Shown here one piece after another: positions 38,512-49,211 of a stretch of 64,000 nt of DNA. Origin of the DNA: Akkermansia muciniphila (GTDB lineage Bacteria; Verrucomicrobiota; Verrucomicrobiia; Limisphaerales; UBA9464). A model generated the notes under the pieces. The model was not told where the DNA came from. It saw only the letters and a program-made list of their open reading frames with translations, and did no database searches. The stretch is from NCBI GenBank assembly GCA_945893185.1, contig CAMDDW010000001.1, positions 82,504 through 146,503 on the forward strand, read 5' to 3'. Position 1 is the stretch's first letter. Each line of letters begins with the position of its first letter. The position numbers and the translations under genes are program-made.

Positions 38512-41500
38512 TTAAGAGCCACCAGGCCCGCGCCGCAGCAACCGGCGCCCCCAGTCGTCGAAGATCGCATAGCTAACCGGCGTGACCAGGAGCGTCAACA
38601 ACAGACAGAGCATTTGCCCGCCGATGATGACCCTGGCCATCGAGGCCCGCCCCGCCGCCCCCGGACCCACGCCCAGCGCGATAGGAATCATCGATGCCAC
38701 CAGCAACAAGGTGGTCATCAAAATAGGGCGCAAGCGAACTCGATTGGCCTCGAGGATGGCCTCATCCCGAGGCATCCCTCGCTCACGAAGCACTCGGGTG
38801 TAGTCGATTTGCATGATGCCGTTCTTCTTCACGATGCCCACGAGCATGAAAAGTCCGAAAATGGCATAAATATTGAGCTCTTCATTAATGAAGACCATCC
38901 ACGCCAACGCGAACGGCAACGACAACGGCACAGCCAACAAGATCGAGATGGGATAAATGAAGTGCTCAAACTGGGCCGCCAACACCATGTACATGAAGAT
39001 GACCGCCACCACGAAGGCCATCAGGAAATTGATCAAGGTCTCCCTCAACTGCTTGGCACGCCCCACCACAATCATATGGTATTCCGGCGGTAGATCCATC
39101 TGGGCCACCACCCGCTCGACCTCTTGCATTGCCTCGCTCAGCGAATAAGTCCCCAGATTGGCCACCAAGGTCACGCGGCGCTGACGCTGGAAACGGCCAA
39201 TTTGATTGGGGCCACGGGCTTCTTCAAAGCGAACGAAATTGCCCAAGGGCACCATCTCGGGCCGGCCCCCCGAAGCGCTGCTAGGACGAGTGCGCACGAA
39301 CACCTGCTGCAACGCCTCGACGGTCCCTCGATGGGCGGCATCCGCTCGCAGCCAAACGTCGTACTGTTCATCCTTCTCCTTAAACACCCCGATGATTTCG
39401 CCGCCCACCAAGGTTCGCAGCGTGGCCGCAATGTCGGTGATGTGCAGACCAAACTGGCTGGCCTTATCCCGATCGATGTGGACTTGCAGCTCGGGCTTTC
39501 GGTTGGACAGGGTTGTGTCGACATCAGCTAGGCCCGGGTTTTGGCGCAACTCCTTGACCAGCACCTCGGAGTAGGCCGTCAAGCGTTCCAAGTCGGGGCC
39601 CACCAAGTTGAAAGACAACTCCGCATTGCGTCCGCCACCACCGCCCAGAGGAGAAATAGCCCCCACAGAGGAGCGCACATCCGGATACCGCGCCACCACA
39701 CCACGGGCCTTGGTCATCGCCTCCAATTGCCCCCAGCGGCGAGACTTACCCCGCAGTTGCTCAATCAGCCCGCCTAACTCCGGGAGGCGACAGTAGATAT
39801 TGGCTTGAGTCACATCTCCCTCACCCTTGCCCACCCGGCCGCTGACCGGTCCCACCGTGACCAAGGTATCGGTGATGGCCACCTGGTTTTCGATGCGGAG
39901 GGCCTTGAGCTGAACCTCCACCTCAGCGGTCAGTGTGGCCGCCTGTTCCATGCCACTGCCTTCTGGAAGCGTGAGGTTGACCTCGAACTCACTGGAGTCG
40001 TCCATAGGAACGAAGGTGAACCGACTGGCCTTGAGCAGCGGCCAGATGGAGACCACGCAAGCCAGGCTCAACGACATAATCACCCACCGGTGGCGCAAGC
40101 TCCACCGAAGCACGACCAAGTACTGGTGGCCGATCCACATCATCCAAGGCCCGCCGTGGGCTTTCTTCAGGCGATCGGCCTCGTCGCGAGATCTGCGCAA
40201 AAAGCGGGCCGCAAGCATCGGCGTGAGGGTAAAACTCACGAAGAGCGATACGAGAATGGCGAAGGCCACCGTCACCCCGTAACTGCTAAAGAACATGCCC
40301 GTGCGGCCCTTCATGAAGGCCAGCGGCAGAAAGATAACCACCAGCGACAACGTGGTCGCCAGCACCGCCAACGAGATCTCGCGGGTGCCCTGACGGGCCG
40401 CCTCCAGCGGGCCCAACCCATGCTCTTCCATGGTCCGATAGATGTTTTCCAAAACCACGATCGCATCATCGATCACCACGCCGACGGCGAAGGTGAGCGC
40501 GAGCATGGTGGAATTGTTAATGGTATACCCCATCACCCGCATGAGAGCGAAGGTCGCAATAATGGAGGTCGGTATGGCGATGCTCGCGATGACGGTGCTG
40601 CGCCAGTCATGCATGAACACAAAGACCGTCAGGGCCACCAGCCCCATGCCCAAGACCAGGTGGAAGGAAACCTCACCCAAATTACGCCGAATAAAGCGCG
40701 ACTGATCGCGGATGACCGTCAACGTGACATCCGGCGGGAGCACCGATTTCAACTCGGCCATCCGAGCCATCAGAGCGTCGATCAGCCGAACGGTGTTGGA
40801 TCCGCTCTGCTTGCGAACCACCAAGGTGATCGAGTTGGTGCCATTCAGCCGGGACAAAGTCCGAGGTTCCTCGATGTCATCGGTAATCTTGGCCACCTGA
40901 CCGAGGTAAATGGGTTGTCCACCCGGATCGGCGATGATGAGGCGCTCGAAGGAAGCTACTGACTCCATCCGGCCCAGAGTTCTCAGCACCCACTCGCGGC
41001 CGGATTGCTGTACCCGGCCACCCGGGATTTCCACGTTCTGCTCCATCAAGGCCTTGCGGACATCGCCGATATCGAGGCCGAACTGGCGGAGGCGATCGGG
41101 GTCCACGGCCACCTGCACCGCCCGCACCCGCGATCCGATCAATTGAATCGCCCCAACATCCTGCACGGTTTCCAAGTTCTCCTTGAGACGCCGGCCCACC
41201 AGAAAGGTCAATTCCTTGAGGTCCTGGGGCGAGCTGACTGCCACCGAGAAAACCGGGATCGCGTCCACCTCGAACTTGTCCACAATGGGCATCTCCGTCC
41301 CTGGGGGGAGTCGCGAGAGGATCGAGTTTACCTTGTCTCGGACGTCCTGGGCGGCCAGGTCTCGATTACGCTCCAAGAAGAACCGCGCCGTGATCGAAGA
41401 CACCCCTTCCTGGCTGGAGGAACTCAGTTCCTCAATGCCTTCCACGGTGTTGATAATCTCCTCCATCGGCTGAGTGATGCCCGTCTCGATCTCCTCGGGC

Positions 41501-41727
41501 GAGGCACCCCGCAAGGTGGTGCTGACAGTGATAATGGGGAGCTCCACATTGGGAATTTGCTCGACCCCCAATTCGCGGTAAGCAAACCACCCCACAACGA
41601 TCAACAAGAGGTTGAGCATCGTAGCAAGAACCGGCCGCCGGATGCAGATATCGGCCAGCCCGCCACCCGGGACCTGTTCTTTCGGTTGTGGACGAGCAGT
41701 CCCGTCGATACCCGTTGAACCGCTCAT
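38512..41727 (-). CDS. RND-family efflux transporter permease (AcrB/HAE type)
   Basis: 1071 aa with the 12-TM plus two large periplasmic loop architecture. Typical segments are IDDAIVVLENI and MTTLLLVASMIPIALG. The start overlaps the adaptor stop as ATGA. Confidence 0.9.
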   Translation of the reverse strand: MSGSTGIDGTARPQPKEQVPGGGLADICIRRPVLATMLNLLLIVVGWFAYRELGVEQIPNVELPIITVSTTLRGASPEEIETGITQPMEEIINTVEGIEELSSSSQEGVSSITARFFLERNRDLAAQDVRDKVNSILSRLPPGTEMPIVDKFEVDAIPVFSVAVSSPQDLKELTFLVGRRLKENLETVQDVGAIQLIGSRVRAVQVAVDPDRLRQFGLDIGDVRKALMEQNVEIPGGRVQQSGREWVLRTLGRMESVASFERLIIADPGGQPIYLGQVAKITDDIEEPRTLSRLNGTNSITLVVRKQSGSNTVRLIDALMARMAELKSVLPPDVTLTVIRDQSRFIRRNLGEVSFHLVLGMGLVALTVFVFMHDWRSTVIASIAIPTSIIATFALMRVMGYTINNSTMLALTFAVGVVIDDAIVVLENIYRTMEEHGLGPLEAARQGTREISLAVLATTLSLVVIFLPLAFMKGRTGMFFSSYGVTVAFAILVSLFVSFTLTPMLAARFLRRSRDEADRLKKAHGGPWMMWIGHQYLVVLRWSLRHRWVIMSLSLACVVSIWPLLKASRFTFVPMDDSSEFEVNLTLPEGSGMEQAATLTAEVEVQLKALRIENQVAITDTLVTVGPVSGRVGKGEGDVTQANIYCRLPELGGLIEQLRGKSRRWGQLEAMTKARGVVARYPDVRSSVGAISPLGGGGGRNAELSFNLVGPDLERLTAYSEVLVKELRQNPGLADVDTTLSNRKPELQVHIDRDKASQFGLHITDIAATLRTLVGGEIIGVFKEKDEQYDVWLRADAAHRGTVEALQQVFVRTRPSSASGGRPEMVPLGNFVRFEEARGPNQIGRFQRQRRVTLVANLGTYSLSEAMQEVERVVAQMDLPPEYHMIVVGRAKQLRETLINFLMAFVVAVIFMYMVLAAQFEHFIYPISILLAVPLSLPFALAWMVFINEELNIYAIFGLFMLVGIVKKNGIMQIDYTRVLRERGMPRDEAILEANRVRLRPILMTTLLLVASMIPIALGVGPGAAGRASMARVIIGGQMLCLLLTLLVTPVSYAIFDDWGRRLLRRGPGGS

Positions 41728-42797
41728 CGCCGAACCTTCACCACCATGCCGTCGGCCAATTTTAAGTGACCGCTGGTGACGACCGATTCTCCCTCGGAAA
41801 GGCCCGACACAATCTCAAACCGATCACCCAAGACCCGGCCCGTCTTCACCACCCGCGATTGGGCTGCTCCTCCCTTCACGAGGAACACCCGAGAAACTCC
41901 CGACGAGGAAAGCACTGAAACCACTGGGACCAAACGGGTCGGAACGGCCCGCTCCAGAACCAATTCACCCCGAGCAAAAGTGCCCGCCTTGAGCAGGCGT
42001 TCGGCATTGGGAACCAAGGCACCGAAATCAAACATCCGGGTAGTGAGATTCACCTGAGGGCTGATTAAAAACACCCGACCTTCAAAGCGCCGACCAGGGT
42101 AGGCATCCACGGAAAACACCACGGGCAAATCGCGCACCACCTGGGGACCGAAGCTCTCCGGGGCCTGGGCGATGAACTTCAGGACACCATCATTAACCAT
42201 GCGGAACATCGGCGAACCGGGGCGCACAAAGTCGCCGGCCGAAGCGATCCGATCGGCCACAGCCGCATCAAACGGGGCGCGAATCCGGCTCCGGTCGACA
42301 TTCAACTGGGCCACGGCTAGGGTCGCCTCCGCCGCCTTCAACGCAGCGCGAGTCTGGTCGGCTTGAGCCTCGGCTCCATCCAAATCTGCCGGAGCGGCGA
42401 TACCGGTTTTGATGAGTGCTTGTTGTCGATGAAGTTCCTGTTCGGCCCCATGTGCCAGGGCCCTCGATTGCTCCACCCGTGCCTCGGCCTGATGGGCCAA
42501 CGCCGTGTAGGAATCGGTGTCAATCCTAGCCAACTCCTGACCTGCCTTCACCTGGTCTCCGAACTCGACGAGCGTGCGCTCCACCTTGCCCTCCACCTCC
42601 GCAGAAACCAGGGCCGAATCTTTGGCGTAGAGCGTGCCGACGATGGGCAGGGTTCGGTCCACCGGCTGGATCACCACCGGGGCCACTGTCACCGGAATGG
42701 GTACCGGTGCCTTGGGCGCACCCGAGACGGAAGCCTCCTGTGAACATCCCAACCCCGCACACAGCGCGAGGATCCATAACGTTGAAACAAACTTCAT
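41724..42797 (-). CDS. RND efflux periplasmic adaptor (MFP/HlyD family) lipoprotein
   Basis: Lipobox LCAGLGCS, alpha-hairpin coiled coil (QAEARVEQSRA...AEATLAVAQLNVD), and beta-barrel/MP domains. Confidence 0.85.
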   Translation of the reverse strand: MKFVSTLWILALCAGLGCSQEASVSGAPKAPVPIPVTVAPVVIQPVDRTLPIVGTLYAKDSALVSAEVEGKVERTLVEFGDQVKAGQELARIDTDSYTALAHQAEARVEQSRALAHGAEQELHRQQALIKTGIAAPADLDGAEAQADQTRAALKAAEATLAVAQLNVDRSRIRAPFDAAVADRIASAGDFVRPGSPMFRMVNDGVLKFIAQAPESFGPQVVRDLPVVFSVDAYPGRRFEGRVFLISPQVNLTTRMFDFGALVPNAERLLKAGTFARGELVLERAVPTRLVPVVSVLSSSGVSRVFLVKGGAAQSRVVKTGRVLGDRFEIVSGLSEGESVVTSGHLKLADGMVVKVRR

Positions 42798-43039
42798 CGG
42801 AAGACCAAAACCCTATCTCAACCTCAGGGCTATTGGCATCGGAAACTCGATCCGCACAGACAGCAAAAACACATCCAAAGCCTCGCCAACCCCAAGGATT
42901 GTCTTTGGGAAACCCATCCCCAGCACTGGCCGCAGAATTCGGAAGCTCTGGGGCGGCCTCCGAGCGAGCACTTATTTGCCGGAGTCATTGAGATAAGCCT
43001 CTGATTTGCCTGTCCGGAGTTTTCGAGAGACCCTAATTC

Positions 43040-43429
43040 GTGTCGCGTCTCCAACCCCATCCCCAACTTCAGAAAGTCCGGGAGGCTTTGCTGGAACTTC
43101 ACAAGACCCTCGTCGATTCCGAACGGGTCGGCTACGAAGTCGCCATGGGGCCAATTTCTTCCCCGAATCACTTCCTGAAACTGCTCTCGAGTGACCCTTG
43201 GTTTGCCTGGTTGCTGCCGCTCTCTCGGCTCATCGTCACCATCGACGAGGCTTTAGATCGGCGCATTCCCCTCTCACCCAACGAAGCTCAGGACCTGCTC
43301 ACACAAACCCGCCGACTGCTAGTCGCCTCGGAGGAGGGCCATGGCTTTCCCCGCAGCTACTTTGAAGCACTGCAACGCGATCCCGACGTGATCTTTGCCC
43401 ACTCCCGAGTGGTCCTCCTGATGCGCTGA
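43040..43429 (+). CDS. Hypothetical protein
   Basis: 129-aa ORF with GTG start and protein-like composition (helical, W/F/Y present). No recognised motif. Confidence 0.4.
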   Translation: MSRLQPHPQLQKVREALLELHKTLVDSERVGYEVAMGPISSPNHFLKLLSSDPWFAWLLPLSRLIVTIDEALDRRIPLSPNEAQDLLTQTRRLLVASEEGHGFPRSYFEALQRDPDVIFAHSRVVLLMR

Positions 43430-43450
43430 GCCGGAGCGATAGAGTTCGAA

Positions 43451-43591
43451 GGAACGTGATATCTTCGCGGATTCGTCCGCGAAGCGAACTGAGAGCCAGG
43501 AGTTGGCCCGTGGGCGGTCCGCAACGAGCCAACAACCAAGCTCTTGCTGAAGACAATGCCGGCGGCGCAACCGATCCCATTAAACCGTTTC
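43451..43591 (+). repeat. Dispersed intergenic element, copy 2 (~141 nt, most diverged)
   Basis: GGAACGTGATATC ... GTCCGCAACGAGCCAACAACCAAGCTCTTGCTGAAGACAA ... CCGATCCCATTAAACCGTTTC. Confidence 0.65.
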
Positions 43592-43656
43592 AGTGGAGCG
43601 GAGCGAAGGGTGCAGAACCGAAGAAGGAATCGAGGGGACTTTCAGAAGCCCCTCCT

Positions 43657-43719
43657 CGCCTCCTTTCAGGCAACAATCGCCTCCTTTCAGGCAACAATCG
43701 CCTCCTTCCATGCAACAAT
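43657..43719. repeat. 3 x 21-bp tandem repeat
   Basis: CGCCTCCTTTCAGGCAACAAT occurs twice exactly (43657, 43678). A third unit, CGCCTCCTTCCATGCAACAAT, has 2 mismatches. The array ends 12 nt from the DUF885 stop codon. Confidence 0.85.
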
Positions 43720-43731
43720 TCTCACACTCCT

Positions 43732-45495
43732 TCAACGAGCCTCTTTCAATCGGGCTCGTACCAATTCCAGGAGGTATTTGGTCGGCACCGATCCGTGCGA
43801 GATCACGGCCTCATGATAACGCCCCAGTTCGAACCGATCACCCAACTCCCGCTCGATTTGCTGCCTGAGCCGATAGTGGGCCATCCGCCCCACGAAATAG
43901 GTGCTCAGCTGGGTACTGGTCTGCTTGGCGCGAATGAGCTTGAGGCGAGCCTCTCCCTCAGACTGAAAGGCACCCTCTACCATCAACTTCATAGCAGCCT
44001 CGTCAGTCATGCCGCTGCAATGAAGCCGGTGGTCCAGGATCGCATTCACCACAGCCCGCAAGTAGAACTTGAGCTGCATCAAGCGCACCCGCAGGTCCCC
44101 GTCGGCATAGCCTTGATCGAGCATCATTTGCTCGGTGTACACCGCCCACCCCTCGACAAAGGCCCCCGATTGCAGCACGCGCCGAATGGGCGAGGTAGAT
44201 CGATTGGCATATTCCAACTGCACATAATGCCCCGGGTAGGCCTCATGGATCGTCAAGATCTGGAGCATGTGCTCGTTGTATTCCTCCAAGAAACTCCGCA
44301 CCCGATCGGGCCCCCAGTCGGCCAGCGGCGGGCTGACCGCATAAAAACTCACGGCCGCCGGATCCAGCGGAGGGGCCGACTCCATGTAGGCCAATGAATT
44401 GCCGCGCTTGAACTCAGGCATTTCGATAACCTGACAGCGGTCCGGATCCGGCAATCGCAAGATGTCCCGATCGCGAATGAAACTCTTGATGCGATCCACC
44501 GAGGCCCGTGCGTCGGAGACCAGAGACTCGGCCGCACCGTGTTCCTGGCTCACGGCCTGGATCACCCGCGCCACCAGCATTCGCCGTCCTTCGGCGTCAT
44601 CCGGCGGCAACGCCTGCTTCGGGAAATAGCGGCTCCACAACTGCCGGGAGATGACCCGCAACTCGCCGTTCACGCGGGAGAATTCTGATTCTGCGTCGGC
44701 CAGCACCTGATCGGCGCCCACTCCGGCATCGAGCACCCATTCGAGTTTCTGAGCGAAGCGCTTCCGGCCCAACCGCCACTGGCCCGTCGCCCGGGGCATG
44801 AGGTCTTTTTCGAGAAACTCCTGATACCGCTTTAATCGGGCTGCGACCGACATGGCCGCCGTCTTAAGTTCGGCCCGTTGCGGTGTTTCGCCGGCCAGTT
44901 CCAAGACCTCCGACTCGTAGAACGCAATGGCCCCCTTGTTCTGCCGGATCGCCGTCTCAAGAATGGACCGGGGCGGATGGCTCAACGTGCGTTCGGCCTC
45001 GTCCAGAATGGCGGGGATCTTGCGCATCCGTGCGAGGGCATTTCGAATATTCTCCTCCTTCGGCCGCGTGGATTGGGCCAGCAGCGAGTAGACGCTATCG
45101 CTCACGTAGCTGCCGTACACCCGAGGATCCTCCTCGAAGGGACGGGTGTTGTCGTTGAGCCACAGCGACGCTTGGAGATCGTGGCGGAAGATCTCGAAAT
45201 CAATCTGACTGTCCCGGCTCAGGGCCCGATACTCCACCGCCTTGGGCAGCGCCTTCAGCGTGGCGCGTGTCTCTGCGACCCATCGGGCCCGGGAGGCCTT
45301 CGAGACGTCCTCCAATTGGTCATCAAATCGGTGATCGCCCAGCAGCGTGGCCGTGGTCGGCTCCAACCGGAACGACGTGTCTAGGCGCCGCTGGTAAAAA
45401 GCCCGCAGCGCCGCATCGGCATCCGCCGCCGAACCCGCCAGCGGAACCAGCGCCCATGCGAGACCCACCGCCCACCGCAACGATTGCCACAACAT
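43732..45495 (-). CDS. DUF885-family secreted protein (putative metallopeptidase-like)
   Basis: HEAYPGHYVQ motif. The track start 45552 is TTG. ATG 45495 gives the signal peptide MLWQSLRWAVGLAWALVPLAGSA. Confidence 0.8.
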   Translation of the reverse strand: MLWQSLRWAVGLAWALVPLAGSAADADAALRAFYQRRLDTSFRLEPTTATLLGDHRFDDQLEDVSKASRARWVAETRATLKALPKAVEYRALSRDSQIDFEIFRHDLQASLWLNDNTRPFEEDPRVYGSYVSDSVYSLLAQSTRPKEENIRNALARMRKIPAILDEAERTLSHPPRSILETAIRQNKGAIAFYESEVLELAGETPQRAELKTAAMSVAARLKRYQEFLEKDLMPRATGQWRLGRKRFAQKLEWVLDAGVGADQVLADAESEFSRVNGELRVISRQLWSRYFPKQALPPDDAEGRRMLVARVIQAVSQEHGAAESLVSDARASVDRIKSFIRDRDILRLPDPDRCQVIEMPEFKRGNSLAYMESAPPLDPAAVSFYAVSPPLADWGPDRVRSFLEEYNEHMLQILTIHEAYPGHYVQLEYANRSTSPIRRVLQSGAFVEGWAVYTEQMMLDQGYADGDLRVRLMQLKFYLRAVVNAILDHRLHCSGMTDEAAMKLMVEGAFQSEGEARLKLIRAKQTSTQLSTYFVGRMAHYRLRQQIERELGDRFELGRYHEAVISHGSVPTKYLLELVRARLKEAR

Positions 45496-45605
45496 GCGTG
45501 CATGAAACCTGATCTCCCACCCGCACGCCAAGCACATCCCAAATGTCACCAAACATCCTCTGCTGGATTTTCGGACGCGGTGACGACAGGTTCTGAGGCC
45601 ACGCG

Positions 45606-46367
45606 ATGCCCGCCACCGAACCCCACATGACCGCCGCCCCCCGAACCGCGGCTCCCGCGAAGGAGAGCCTGCTCCTCAACCTCGCCTGCAACGTCATCCT
45701 GCCGGGCCTCGTTCTTTCCAAGCTGAGCCAAACGCAGCGGCTCGGTCCTCTGTGGGCACTCGTGGCAGCCCTAGCCCTGCCGCTGGGCTACGGGCTCTGG
45801 GACTGGATGAAGCGCCGCCAATGGAACATGTTCTCCACCCTAGGCATCGCCGGCACGCTGGCCACGGGCGGAATGTCCCTTGGCAGTCACTTCGGATGGT
45901 GGCAGGCCACGGCCTTGTGGTTCGCGATCAAGGAGGCGGCCATTCCCCTTCTCATCGGCTTGAGCATTCCGCTCACCCTGCGATCCAAGACCCCGCTGGT
46001 GAAAACCCTACTCTACAACGATCAGTTGATGGACACAGCCAAGGTTGCCGAGGAGTTGCGTCATCGGAATGCCGAGGCGTCGTTCGAGCGGTTGCTGCGC
46101 GAGGCCTCTTGGCTGCTGTCGCTGTCGTTTTTCCTCAGCTCAGCCCTCAATTTCTTTCTCGCGATCTGGCTGTTGAAGGCCGTTCCCAATTCACCGGAAT
46201 GGAACGAGCAACTGGGCCGGATGAACTGGCTGAGTTGGCCGGTCATCGTCATCCCCAGCACGGGCATGATGATGTGGGCGCTCTTCCGCCTGATGAACGG
46301 CATCCAGCGCCTCACCGGCCTGCCCCAAGAACAACTGTTCCGAGGGCAGCCCCCTAAACCGAACTAA
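45606..46367 (+). CDS. Hypothetical polytopic inner-membrane protein
   Basis: 253 aa with ATG start and 5-6 hydrophobic helices (LLLNLACNVILPGLVL ...). It may be a VC0807-like family member, but I am not sure. Confidence 0.5.
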   Translation: MPATEPHMTAAPRTAAPAKESLLLNLACNVILPGLVLSKLSQTQRLGPLWALVAALALPLGYGLWDWMKRRQWNMFSTLGIAGTLATGGMSLGSHFGWWQATALWFAIKEAAIPLLIGLSIPLTLRSKTPLVKTLLYNDQLMDTAKVAEELRHRNAEASFERLLREASWLLSLSFFLSSALNFFLAIWLLKAVPNSPEWNEQLGRMNWLSWPVIVIPSTGMMMWALFRLMNGIQRLTGLPQEQLFRGQPPKPN

Positions 46368-46418
46368 TCCTAATTCCAAGAACCCGGTCCCTGTTCCTAA
46401 TTCTCAGCGGACTAGGAT

Positions 46419-49037
46419 TCAGCCCTGCCCCGCCTCGCTGGCGGTGAACTCCAGATCGCCGGCAGCAGTGACCGAGACACTCACCGTGTCGCGCGGTTTG
46501 AAGTCGCCAGCCAAGAGCCGCTGGGCCAACGGATTGAGCATTAAGTCCTGGATCGCCCGCTTGAGCGGACGGGCTCCAAACTGCGGATCGTAGCCTTCTT
46601 CGGCGAGGCGCTTGCGAGCCAAGTCATTGACCCTCAAATGGATATGCTGTGCTGCCACCCGCCGGATCACCTGATCCAACTGAATGTCCACGATGCGTCC
46701 CAGATGAGACTCGTCGAGGCTGTGGAAGAGGATGGTGTCGTCTACCCGGTTCAGGAACTCCGGCCGGAAATGACGACGCAATTCGCCCAGCACCTTGTCC
46801 TCCATAGACTGACGGGCCGCCGGCGAATTCTTCGCATCCAGGAAGTACTCCTGGATAATCGATGACCCGATGTTGGAGGTCAGGATCACTACCGTGTTCT
46901 TGAAGTCCACGGTGCGCCCCTGTCCGTCGGTCAGTCGCCCGTCGTCCAGCACCTGCAACAGCAAATTGAACACGTCATGGTGCGCCTTCTCGATCTCATC
47001 GAAGAGCACCACCGAATAAGGCCGACGGCGCACCGCCTCGCTCAATTGCCCGCCTTCTTCGTACCCGACGTATCCGGGAGGCGCGCCCACCAATCGGGCC
47101 ACCGCGTGCTTCTCCATGTACTCGGACATATCGATGCGCACCATCGCCTGATCGTCATCAAACAGAAACTCGGCCAAGGCCCGCGCCAGCTCGGTCTTGC
47201 CGACGCCAGTGGGACCCAAAAAGATGAACGACCCGATCGGACGCCCCGGGTCGCCCAAGCCTGAACGGGCCCGACGCACGGCATCGGCCACCGCCTTCAC
47301 CGCTTCCGATTGCCCCACCACCCGGGCGGCCAAGCGCTCCTCCATGCGCACCAGCTTGGCCCGCTCACCCTCCAGCATTCGCTGCACCGGGATGCCCGTC
47401 CACGCCGCCACCACCTTGGCGATGTCTTCCTCGGTCACCTCCTGGCGCAGCAGCGCGGCGGGAGCACCTTCTTTCGGTGCCTGCTTTTCCACCGCGGACA
47501 ATTTCTGCTCCAAGCCGGGGATGCGCCCGTACTGGATTTCCGCCGCCTTATTGAGATCCCCCTTGCGACGCGCTTGATCCAATTCCTGACGGGCTTCCTC
47601 CAACTGACTTTGGAGAAGGCTCACCGCATGAATGACGGCCTTCTCATTTTGCCATTGGGCCGACAACGCCCCGGACTTCTCCTTCAAATTGGCCAGTTCG
47701 GATTCGAGCTTTTGCAGGCGCTCGCGACTGGCCTCATCCTTCTCCTTGGCCAGCGATGTGCGCTCGATTTGGTACTGCAGAATTTGGCGATCCAACCGAT
47801 CCAACTCGGTCGGCTTGGAATCGAGTTCCATCTTCAACCGCGAGGCCGACTCGTCCACCAAATCCACCGCCTTGTCGGGTAAGAACCGGTCGCTGATGTA
47901 GCGGTACGACAAGGCCGCAGCGGCCACCAGCGCGCTGTCCTGAATGCGCACCCCGTGATGGGTCTCATAGCGCTCCTTAAGGCCACGCAAGATGGCGATG
48001 GTGTTCTCCACCGAGGGCTCCGGCACCTGCACGGGCTGAAAACGCCGCTCCAATGCCGCATCTTTTTCGATGTGCTTGCGGTATTCGTCCAACGTGGTGG
48101 CCCCGACGCAACGCAGTTCGCCGCGAGCCAACTGAGGCTTGAGCATATTGGCCGCATCAGCAGCGCCCTCAGAAGCACCGGCCCCCACAATGGTATGCAA
48201 CTCGTCGATGAAGAGGATGATCCGACCCTCGGCCGCGGTGACTTCCTTGAGGAAGGCCTTGAGACGCTCTTCGAACTCCCCGCGATATTTCGCACCAGCG
48301 ATCATCGAGCCGATATCGAGAGCGATGATCCGACGGTTCTTGAGAGACTCGGGCACATCGCCATCCACGATTCGCTTGGCCAAGCCCTCGACGATGGCCG
48401 TCTTGCCCACGCCGGGTTCACCGATAAGCACCGGATTGTTCTTAGTGCGCCGCGTCAGCACTTGCATCACCCGCCGGATCTCATCATCCCGGCCGATCAC
48501 CGGGTCTATCTTGCCCTTGCGGGCCAAGGCCGTCAGGTCCTTGCCGTACTTCTCCAAGGTCTGAAACTTTTCCTCCGGATTCGCATCGGAGACACGCTGA
48601 TTGCCCCGCACCGCGCTCAGCGCCTTGAGCACCGCATCGCGCTTGAGACCCAACCGATCGGTGATGCGACGAACGCTGTCGCCGCCCTTCTCCAGCAACC
48701 CCAGAAAAAGGTGTTCAGTGGAAACATACTCATCCTTGAGAGACTTGGCCTCGGCCAGCGCCGCCTTGAGAGCCGCTTGCAAATCCGTGGACGGATAAAC
48801 ATCGGCCCCACCCTGCACTGTCGGTCGACGTCCCAATTCCGCTTCCAACTCTAAAACCAATCGACTCACCTCCACACCGGCTTTTTCCAATAAGGGAGGA
48901 ACGATTCCGTCGGATTGAGTCACGAGGGCCAAAGCCAAATGCTCACTATCGAAGGCCGCATGGGAACGTTCTTGCGCCGCGGTTTGGGCAGCTTGAAGGG
49001 CCTGCTGAGCCTTTTGAGTCCACTTATCGAGCGTCAT
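46419..49037 (-). CDS. clpB: Chaperone disaggregase ClpB
   Basis: 872 aa. Clp_N domain, NBD1 GEPGVGKT, long coiled-coil M-domain, NBD2 GPTGVGKT. No IGF/MGF ClpP loop. Confidence 0.92.
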   Translation of the reverse strand: MTLDKWTQKAQQALQAAQTAAQERSHAAFDSEHLALALVTQSDGIVPPLLEKAGVEVSRLVLELEAELGRRPTVQGGADVYPSTDLQAALKAALAEAKSLKDEYVSTEHLFLGLLEKGGDSVRRITDRLGLKRDAVLKALSAVRGNQRVSDANPEEKFQTLEKYGKDLTALARKGKIDPVIGRDDEIRRVMQVLTRRTKNNPVLIGEPGVGKTAIVEGLAKRIVDGDVPESLKNRRIIALDIGSMIAGAKYRGEFEERLKAFLKEVTAAEGRIILFIDELHTIVGAGASEGAADAANMLKPQLARGELRCVGATTLDEYRKHIEKDAALERRFQPVQVPEPSVENTIAILRGLKERYETHHGVRIQDSALVAAAALSYRYISDRFLPDKAVDLVDESASRLKMELDSKPTELDRLDRQILQYQIERTSLAKEKDEASRERLQKLESELANLKEKSGALSAQWQNEKAVIHAVSLLQSQLEEARQELDQARRKGDLNKAAEIQYGRIPGLEQKLSAVEKQAPKEGAPAALLRQEVTEEDIAKVVAAWTGIPVQRMLEGERAKLVRMEERLAARVVGQSEAVKAVADAVRRARSGLGDPGRPIGSFIFLGPTGVGKTELARALAEFLFDDDQAMVRIDMSEYMEKHAVARLVGAPPGYVGYEEGGQLSEAVRRRPYSVVLFDEIEKAHHDVFNLLLQVLDDGRLTDGQGRTVDFKNTVVILTSNIGSSIIQEYFLDAKNSPAARQSMEDKVLGELRRHFRPEFLNRVDDTILFHSLDESHLGRIVDIQLDQVIRRVAAQHIHLRVNDLARKRLAEEGYDPQFGARPLKRAIQDLMLNPLAQRLLAGDFKPRDTVSVSVTAAGDLEFTASEAGQG

Positions 49038-49211
49038 GCTTGAGCCTTACTGCATCGATCGTGCCACCCCGTCGGCACTGGCCATGGAAACGAAACGCGC
49101 CGGAAAGGGGCATTCACCCCAAGTCCGGCCCGAACTCTGAAAAAAACCGCGCCAAACCGCGACAACACGACTCAATGAATCGGGCAAACTGTCGCACCGG
49201 CGGAGAACCCA

